A stretch of DNA of 64,000 bases from NCBI GenBank assembly GCA_963667805.1, contig OY764016.1, forward strand, positions 2,077,381 to 2,141,380, written 5' to 3'. The notes under the pieces were generated by a model. The model had not been told where the DNA came from. It searched no databases and saw only the letters and a list, made by a program, of their open reading frames with translations. Below are positions 9,706-16,496 of this stretch, piece after piece. The translations under genes and the position numbers were made by a program. Source of the stretch: Candidatus Poribacteria bacterium. GTDB lineage: Bacteria > Poribacteria > WGA-4E > WGA-3G. Each line of letters begins with the position of its first letter. The stretch's first letter is position 1.

Positions 9706-9785
9706 TCGTCTATCTCCGGATATCGCAGAGGGATCCACGATTTACACATTGTGCCGGCTTGGGGTGGTTCAACGGACTGCTCTAT

Positions 9786-10286
9786 TTACCCAACCCCGAT
9801 CCGAGCATACAGCGTCATCATCATAGTCATAATGCTTAAATTGCTGGTGATGGACCCTGCGGTTACGAATATTTTGCGGAGTAAACCTGCCCTTGATTTA
9901 TAGACGTGGGTATAAGCCTCAATATATTCAGGCGATTTGCCGAGGAACCGCTCTGGGGGTGGCATTACGTTGTGTGGATATATCTGCACACCGATCGGCA
10001 CGGCGCAAACACCGAGAAGCACAGACCCTGCGAGAATGCAATTCATTTGGCTGTTCCTGGATTCATTGGAGAAAACTGTTTTTCCTAACCAAGATCCTCC
10101 GACACAACCGAGGAGGCATCCCGCAGTGCTTCCCATTACACCTAACATGAACCACTTATCCTTTGACATATCAGCACTCGCATCGGCTTCTGCTTCTGCT
10201 TGCGGGGACTGCTGCTGTGCGAGGCTGACAGGCATCATGCTGAAAAGTAGTAAGGTTGTCATGAAAAAGACAAATACACGGAACAT
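9786..10286 (-). CDS. Glycine-zipper membrane protein, PERLLGKSPEY family (copy 2)
   Basis: Signal peptide; GVMGSTAGCLLGCVGG; PPPERFLGKSPEY. Confidence 0.7.
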   Translation of the reverse strand: MFRVFVFFMTTLLLFSMMPVSLAQQQSPQAEAEADASADMSKDKWFMLGVMGSTAGCLLGCVGGSWLGKTVFSNESRNSQMNCILAGSVLLGVCAVPIGVQIYPHNVMPPPERFLGKSPEYIEAYTHVYKSRAGLLRKIFVTAGSITSNLSIMTMMMTLYARIGVG

Positions 10287-10314
10287 CAAGGACCTCTTCG
10301 GTCGTGTTGCGAAT

Positions 10315-10818
10315 TTACCAATTGAGCAGTAAGGTCAAAATGCTTAAGTTGGAGGTAATGGATCCTGCGGTTACCCACCTTTTGCGAAGCGATATGGTTT
10401 TCGATCTATAGGCTTGGGTGTAGGTGGCAACATATTCAGGTGTTTTGCCAAGGAGTCGTTCCGGTGGCGGACGTGGCGTATGTGGATACAGATGAACGGA
10501 AATCGGGACCGCCAGGATACCGAAAAGGAGAATACTGCCGAGACCGCAACTCTCCACCGCCGGCACATCGTCGGGTAGAATGTTGAAATCTTCCATGAGC
10601 ATCCCTCCTAAAATCCCGCTGAGACAGCCAGTGACAGCCCCTATACTACTCCCTACCAGTCCCGACAGAAACCACAAACTTTCTCTCATATCGCGATTTA
10701 CGTCCCTGTGGGCATCGACTTCCGCTTGTGCTTGTATGGATTGCTGCTGCGCGAAACTGACAGGCATCATGCTGAAAATCAGTAGTGTTGTCATCAAAAA
10801 AGCAGAGATACGGAACAT
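10315..10818 (-). CDS. Glycine-zipper membrane protein, PERLLGKSPEY family (copy 1)
   Basis: Start moved to MFRISAF (AGAGG RBS); GLVGSSIGAVTGCLSGILGG; PPPERLLGKTPEY. Confidence 0.7.
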   Translation of the reverse strand: MFRISAFLMTTLLIFSMMPVSFAQQQSIQAQAEVDAHRDVNRDMRESLWFLSGLVGSSIGAVTGCLSGILGGMLMEDFNILPDDVPAVESCGLGSILLFGILAVPISVHLYPHTPRPPPERLLGKTPEYVATYTQAYRSKTISLRKRWVTAGSITSNLSILTLLLNW

Positions 10819-10895
10819 GAGACTTCCTCTTTTATCTCGATTCTGGAAAGCGTATAGCATATCGCACAGAAATTTTGGTGAACGCATCTATTTTT

Positions 10896-11564
10896 CTATC
10901 GCCATGCACACCAGAGGTTAAGATACCACTCTGGCTTTCGCAACGGATACCGTTTAGCGTTTTGGACCTCGGTCTGGTCTGGCGAGTGAAATCGGACTCT
11001 ATGTGCACCCTCAAGTTGTTTCCAATACGTTACGTCCCACGGTGCGATATAATCCCACGCAACCGTTGTCAAAGACACATGTCTTGCGTCATAAAAACAC
11101 TTAGATTCAAAATACCTTTCGAGCCATGCTTTATCGGCACAAATCGCTTCCCGGATGACCTGGTCGCTGTGATCTGGGTCATCTGGCAAATGACGACTCG
11201 TGTATATGTATTTTTGCCAGTCGGGTGCGGCGAACGCCTCCCATTGCATTCCTCCTTCCGGTGTCAGTCGATAATACGTTCTTTTTCTCTCACCGACGCG
11301 GGGGATGCGCCGGATGGGTTCACTCAGGGCGCGTTCGATTTGTTGGTGTGTTGAAATCACTCCATCTACCTCATTTTTCACAGAGATCAGTCCCCAGGAG
11401 ATGAGGCGATAGAGAGTCTTAAGGAGTGCGTCCCGTGTTAACCCGTGTCCTTTTTTATTCAAGGTGACCTCAATGTCGCTATCCATGAGATCAGCGACTG
11501 GAAATCGACCTTCAACGGCGGTTTCCAGTAGCCAATACTCGCCGCGGGTAAATCTGGGTTCCAT
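10896..11564 (-). CDS. Hypothetical protein, MEPRFTRGEYW family (possible winged-helix N-terminus)
   Basis: Paralogue of 18624-19364; conserved YxLTxEGGxQWEAFAAPDWQKYI and W..W. Confidence 0.7.
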   Translation of the reverse strand: MEPRFTRGEYWLLETAVEGRFPVADLMDSDIEVTLNKKGHGLTRDALLKTLYRLISWGLISVKNEVDGVISTHQQIERALSEPIRRIPRVGERKRTYYRLTPEGGMQWEAFAAPDWQKYIYTSRHLPDDPDHSDQVIREAICADKAWLERYFESKCFYDARHVSLTTVAWDYIAPWDVTYWKQLEGAHRVRFHSPDQTEVQNAKRYPLRKPEWYLNLWCAWR

Positions 11565-11702
11565 ACTGTTGTCCTTTGTGAAATGACCATCGTAGGATTT
11601 ACTGCTTTTGGAGTAAACGTCCCACCTCAGCTTTGTGTGGTGAATCGGGGAAATGCTTCAGGAGCTGCGCAAATCCCTATCGTGTGATGAGAGATGAAAA
11701 TC

Positions 11703-12524
11703 TTATCTTCGGTTCTTGATTTCGGCCCATGTGGTAGCCAGTCTTCCTTGCGGTGAAACCGGCATCACCTCTAAAAACTGAGCAACCCCGTCTTCGTAGA
11801 GACCTTTGATCTCATAAGGACTGAATCCGGTTTCAAAGACCCCAACCTCGTCAATCAGTGTCTCGTGCGTACTCTCTGGAGATGTTATGAGAAACAAAAC
11901 CATATCTCCATAATAGCCGGGAAAAACGGTCGCCTCGTGTTTTAGCACGGGTTCCCCGTCAATAAAAAGTGTATACGTGCCTGCAAACAACGTGTAAGCA
12001 ATGTGATGCCACTCATCGTTAGAAATGTTCTCATCTTGTGTTGTGAGAACCGCAGATACGTCGGGATCATAGGTAATATGCGTGCCTTTGATATTGCCAG
12101 TGGGGGTAACCCCCAGATCAATTTCACTGACAATATTCTGACGATCTGCTGCGTAGAACCCGCTCATAGCAAACACAAGACCGTTATTTTGTTCCGGTCG
12201 TTTTATCCAAGCGACGATCGAGAATCCTACTGCTGCGAAGTGTGGGAAAAGTCTGGTGCCTGCCCCGAACACATCGTCACCGACTAAGGAAAGACACTTT
12301 CCAGATTTGCCGCCTTCGGTAAGAGAGGCACCGTCAAGAAGGGCACCCGGAAGGTTTTGCGGTCCACTGTCCTCAGTATATAACAAGCCTTCATCAGACA
12401 CCTCGGTAGTTTCAAAATGATAGATGGCGATCACATGATTGAATATAGTATCAGTGTCTAAACCGGCATGCAAAAGATGGGTAAGGCTAAAGATTAATAG
12501 AATCGTCAGAACAAAAACCTTCAT
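11703..12524 (-). CDS. Secreted LamG-like (concanavalin A-like) jelly-roll protein
   Basis: Signal peptide; YHFE, FSIVAWIK, NDEWHHIAYT, LFIDG, LIDEVGVFE; C-terminal VSPQGRLATTWAEIK tail. Confidence 0.82.
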   Translation of the reverse strand: MKVFVLTILLIFSLTHLLHAGLDTDTIFNHVIAIYHFETTEVSDEGLLYTEDSGPQNLPGALLDGASLTEGGKSGKCLSLVGDDVFGAGTRLFPHFAAVGFSIVAWIKRPEQNNGLVFAMSGFYAADRQNIVSEIDLGVTPTGNIKGTHITYDPDVSAVLTTQDENISNDEWHHIAYTLFAGTYTLFIDGEPVLKHEATVFPGYYGDMVLFLITSPESTHETLIDEVGVFETGFSPYEIKGLYEDGVAQFLEVMPVSPQGRLATTWAEIKNRR

Positions 12525-12631
12525 TAAGAAACCTCCATTGGTTTTCGGTATCGTGTTTTAAACAACAAAAACTGGTTTGTGATGAGAATGCTAACGAGGG
12601 CAACAATGGTAATATCGATTCTATCTTTCAT
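12524..12631 (-). pseudogene. N-terminal remnant of an MKDRID-family lipoprotein gene
   Basis: 35-codon ORF MKDRIDITIVALVSILITNQ..., homologous for about 18 aa to 4801-5346 and 9106-9705; TAATG overlaps at both ends. Confidence 0.7.
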
Positions 12632-13320
12632 TATGTCGCCTCCGGTGGGATCCATTTTTTTGCCTCAGCCGATTTGACTAAATCTCGCAAATAAAGTGGC
12701 GTAAGAGAATAAGTATCTTTTAGTTTTTCTTTGTTAAACGCTAAGTAGTAGAGCAAAACATATATGTGAAATGGCTTCCATCCCTCTGGACCGAAATATT
12801 CGTATGGATCAATCTCACTTATATTTTGGACCTCGAATTCTTCACAAAACGCCTCAAGCAATTCATAACCAGCGTCCCCAACTATTCCTAAGTCGTCTGC
12901 TAAGTGCGTGTCTGGTGTGAGTTCTTCTGATCCCCAGATATGCTCTGCTATCAAAACTTTGACGCGAGCGTAAAGTTCGGGATTCATCTCTTGCTGAGGT
13001 TTTTCCTCCGTCAGAGAACTCCCACAATGTGGGCACCTAATAGCCTTTTTTCTTATCGCTTTTGCACAGTTGGGGCATTTCGGTCGCAAGAAAAGCTCGA
13101 AAAAAAACTTTATCACCAGACTTGGACATTTGATAATCTTTTTTGCTATCGCTTTTGCACAGTTGGGATATTTCGGTCGTGAGAAAACCTCGAAAAAAAA
13201 CTTTATCACCAGATAAAGCACACTTATCACCATACAAAGCACATTAAGAATAAAAGTAATACAGCAAAACAGAATCCCCGCAAAGCAAAGATAAAGAAGA
13301 ACAAACTCAACAGATTCCAT
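12631..13320 (-). CDS. Membrane-anchored zinc-ribbon plus DUF1493-like (acyl-carrier-like) protein
   Basis: N-terminal TM helix; CPNC...CPHC ribbon; LTPDTHLADDLGIVGDAGYELLEAFCEEFEV...EYFGPEG...LRDLV resembles DUF1493. Confidence 0.65.
   Translation of the reverse strand: MESVEFVLLYLCFAGILFCCITFILNVLCMVISVLYLVIKFFFEVFSRPKYPNCAKAIAKKIIKCPSLVIKFFFELFLRPKCPNCAKAIRKKAIRCPHCGSSLTEEKPQQEMNPELYARVKVLIAEHIWGSEELTPDTHLADDLGIVGDAGYELLEAFCEEFEVQNISEIDPYEYFGPEGWKPFHIYVLLYYLAFNKEKLKDTYSLTPLYLRDLVKSAEAKKWIPPEAT
13054..13213. repeat. 93-bp-period intragenic tandem duplication
   Basis: tatcgcttttgcacagttggg...ctcgaaaaaaaactttatcaccag at 13054-13120 and 13147-13213. Confidence 0.9.
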
Positions 13321-13541
13321 CTATGTTCCGCTCCGTTACTGGCCCCTCCGATAAAATAACGTGAGTTAGACCTAACATTAGCGAAGTCCGACCCGGTTTC
13401 AATACAGTCCGGTCATCAGCAGATGTGGGGTTGCGGCGTTATCTGTCCGGACGTTCCAAGAACTGAACATAAGCCAAAGGCTCAAAAAGCCGGTCTGGAA
13501 GTATTTTCCAGGAGAATCCTCTCTTTATGATGCTTGATTTC

Positions 13542-15623
13542 CTACTCGAAGGCATTTGCGACCGCGACTAAATCAAGGACGTTTACTGTGCCATCCCCAT
13601 TAATGTCCGGGGTCTCTTCACCAAAAGCATTTGCCACGGCAACCAAATCGAGAATATTCACAACACCATCTTCGTTCACATCCGCTGTGGGAGGGGTTTC
13701 TAACCCCGATTTCAGATAAATCTCACCATCTAAATCTGGGAGCGTATGCCAGCGTTTGTTTTTAACACCGCTTGCCCAGCCGCTGCCCGCCTCCGGCAAT
13801 TGGATATTCTGTTCCTTGCCACTCCGGTTATAGACCGCCCAACCATTGGTGAATTCACGGATAAATAACCCCGCTTGATTTTCATACAGTTGTGCCTTTT
13901 CACCGATGGGATAACCGAGATCAGCATCCCAAAAATCATACCAGATGTGAGCGTGATGCGGAAAATCTGTTCGTCCCGTTTTAAAGAGGATATAGCCATC
14001 GGAATGCGTCAGGCACATCGTCGTAAATACTCGCATCCAGCGTTTGTTCGTCTGGCTATCTGGGGGTTCGGTACCGATCGCTTCACCTTCAACACAGTTA
14101 ATCTGAGGTGACCGTAGATTGGCTTCCGACCAAGACAGTGTATCTTCTATCTCCTGAAGCCCTTTATAGGTATAACCTCCTGGATAATCCTTATTGAGTT
14201 CCATAAACGTGCCATTCACATATGCTTTGTGTCTTGGTAGTTTCGTGCGGTTAGCATTGACAAGGATCAGAAAATCTTCACGCACGCGTTCTCGCGCACC
14301 TTCTAAGACCTTGGCGTGCGCTTCAATGAGCTCTGGTGCGGATGCCGTCTCGTTGTAATCGTATCCCGCGCCTTGGTTAAAGAACCCGTCAACAAAAATG
14401 CCGTCATACAGTCCACATTCAGCGATGCCAACAATCCGATTGACGAGCAATTCCTGCACTTCGGGTAGAAGGATGTTGAAATTGTATTCAGGCCAGTCTA
14501 CAGTATTCCACTGCACGCTTCCATCAGCTTCCCGAACCCAAAAGTCGGAATCCGGTGGGAACGCATCAAAATCAGGATGGTTATGGAATTGGATTCCCCT
14601 TAAAGACACCAGATTCGGATTCAAAGCGAGTCGTTGTTGACGGATACGTTGTGAGTGCTCCAAGTCTCCAATCAACCAAGTTGAGAGTCCATGCCAGGGT
14701 TCTGGCCATCGTACCCGGAAAGTTGGACTGAAATGTAGGTCGTGCTTGGAAATTCGTTCTGTGTGAAGAGGTTCGTCGAAAATATAGCCGGATGTATTAT
14801 ATTCCTCCGTGGATCCAATGAGCGGATCAAATCCCTGAACAACGGATGGAAAAGTTCTATTTTTAATGCGTTCAATGAGAGGTGGAGGCAGTGGTAGAAT
14901 TTCACAAATTTCATCGTATTGAAAGTCTGTGAGATTCTTTAGTTTTAAAAGTGGTGTGAAATCTCTAATCTGATTGCGTCTAAGGTCCAATACCCGAAGA
15001 TTTTCAAGATGCACAAGCGGAGACACATCCGTAACTTTACACCGCGCAAGTTCCAGCGATTCTAAATTCGTGAGACTTGACAGGGGTCTTAAATCACTGA
15101 GCGGATTATCTCTCAAGTTTATATCCCTCAGGTCTGACAGCACCGCCAATGGTGATATATCGGAGATTTGGTTGTGTTGTAAATCCAATTTCCTCAGAAA
15201 TGTCAGTGCGGAGAGTGGTGATAAATCAGAGATATGGTTGCTCCCCAAATCCAGACCCACAAGGGATGTTAGAGAAGCCAATGGTGATAAATCTGGATCT
15301 GAGAGGTTGGTAGTACCTAAACCCAAGTGTGTCAATTGCATCAACCCCTCCAGTGGACCGATGTTCTTTATGGGGTTATCGGCTAAATCGAGCTCCGTCA
15401 GACGGACGGCAAATTCTAAGCCTTGGATATTTACAATGCCCTTGTCTATCGCATGCAATCTCGTCAATAGGGTCATGTGCTTCTGGGTAAACGGCGGGGG
15501 AATTCCAAGTTCTTCTTGTATTGCTCGCTGTAAGTTAGTATCAGGGATATGAACGACTTGCGCAAAGCCGATCGACACCGTCAGCAGAAATACTATAAGG
15601 CTACATAGAAATCGTCTTAACAT
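13542..15623 (-). CDS. Secreted LRR protein with putative glycoside-hydrolase-like TIM-barrel domain and C-terminal dockerin-like repeats
   Basis: Start moved to MLRRFLCSL. Signal peptide; IPDTNL cap; LxxLxLxxNxIxDxxPL repeats; GLYDGIFVDG, VNGTFME, LFIREFTNGWAVYNRSG domain; ADVNEDGVVNILDL and DINGDGTVNVLDL. Confidence 0.8.
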   Translation of the reverse strand: MLRRFLCSLIVFLLTVSIGFAQVVHIPDTNLQRAIQEELGIPPPFTQKHMTLLTRLHAIDKGIVNIQGLEFAVRLTELDLADNPIKNIGPLEGLMQLTHLGLGTTNLSDPDLSPLASLTSLVGLDLGSNHISDLSPLSALTFLRKLDLQHNQISDISPLAVLSDLRDINLRDNPLSDLRPLSSLTNLESLELARCKVTDVSPLVHLENLRVLDLRRNQIRDFTPLLKLKNLTDFQYDEICEILPLPPPLIERIKNRTFPSVVQGFDPLIGSTEEYNTSGYIFDEPLHTERISKHDLHFSPTFRVRWPEPWHGLSTWLIGDLEHSQRIRQQRLALNPNLVSLRGIQFHNHPDFDAFPPDSDFWVREADGSVQWNTVDWPEYNFNILLPEVQELLVNRIVGIAECGLYDGIFVDGFFNQGAGYDYNETASAPELIEAHAKVLEGARERVREDFLILVNANRTKLPRHKAYVNGTFMELNKDYPGGYTYKGLQEIEDTLSWSEANLRSPQINCVEGEAIGTEPPDSQTNKRWMRVFTTMCLTHSDGYILFKTGRTDFPHHAHIWYDFWDADLGYPIGEKAQLYENQAGLFIREFTNGWAVYNRSGKEQNIQLPEAGSGWASGVKNKRWHTLPDLDGEIYLKSGLETPPTADVNEDGVVNILDLVAVANAFGEETPDINGDGTVNVLDLVAVANAFE

Positions 15624-15895
15624 AACAGGACTGCTTGTCACGATTCTTTTTCTCCTATAGATTGTTAACGCTTCAATCTGTATGATGTTAGACGAAGTAG
15701 GTGTCAGTAAACTATTGCGGTAGACCCCATCCATTTGGATAGGTCACAAATAGATTCAATTATCTGACTCCGATTCCTCAAACCCTTCTGTCGTTTACAT
15801 TACCTAAAGTCCTATTCGACCTCGTTGTCAAAGGACCACAAAATCATGCCCTCTTCTCCAGAGTTCCCAGTCATGGGTATTGCGCCTTCCCACGT

Positions 15896-16372
15896 TCAAT
15901 CGAGTCCAGCCACATTTCCAAATCTATCTCTTGTGAAGACAACGCCGTCCCCTTCAACTATACTTAAGGCAGCACCGCCTTTCCCAGCCGCAGAAAAAAT
16001 GGTTACGCCTCCACCCTCTGTGCCAATTGTGAGACTCGCACCAGCATTCCCCTGCTTACCGGTAACGCCTACAATTCCACCCAACTTGCCAATCTGAAGA
16101 CCCGCACCGGCAGGAGCACGTATTCCTCCGAGACCGTAACACGATACCCTTCCACCATTTTCATCCGAAGATATAATAACTCGCGGCTCCCCATTGTCTG
16201 CGATCACGATTATGTCTTCAAGCACAGTTAACTTCCGGACCGCCAGTTCATCAATCGTTTCAGATCCAGATTGTGCTTCGGTATTCTCGTTCATGTTTCC
16301 TAATACAAATCCGGCTAAGGCTATTAACGCACCCAAAGCCATATATTTCAACTTTTCACGTAATCTAAGCAT
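15896..16372 (-). CDS. Hypothetical exported protein with Gly-rich beta-strand repeats
   Basis: AAGGAG RBS; N-terminal hydrophobic segment; repeated GGxVxI/GAxLxI units. Confidence 0.65.
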   Translation of the reverse strand: MLRLREKLKYMALGALIALAGFVLGNMNENTEAQSGSETIDELAVRKLTVLEDIIVIADNGEPRVIISSDENGGRVSCYGLGGIRAPAGAGLQIGKLGGIVGVTGKQGNAGASLTIGTEGGGVTIFSAAGKGGAALSIVEGDGVVFTRDRFGNVAGLD

Positions 16373-16417
16373 TATAGATTCTCCTTTTTATGAAATCGTG
16401 CGTAGGTTTAAAATTAG

Positions 16418-16496
16418 TTGATGTCCGAGATCCAAACGCCGGACGATGCTGCTCTGTGTATTGTAGATGGTAATCCACACATCACTGGGGTTCGCC
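16418..16496 (-). pseudogene. Out-of-frame remnant of the C-terminal sorting (PorSS/FlgD-like) domain
   Basis: DNA nearly identical to 23683-23760 and 31551-31628 (ANPSDV.ITIY...GSIVRRLDLGHQ), fused to the end of the WD40 gene. Confidence 0.85.

Noticed and set aside
13355-13450. attC-like site (TAAC...GTTAGGT on the minus strand) suggesting an integron cassette array
   Set aside because: Only the 4-nt core pairs, L boxes are not evident, it does not directly follow a stop codon, similar sites are absent from the other spacers, and there is no integrase.
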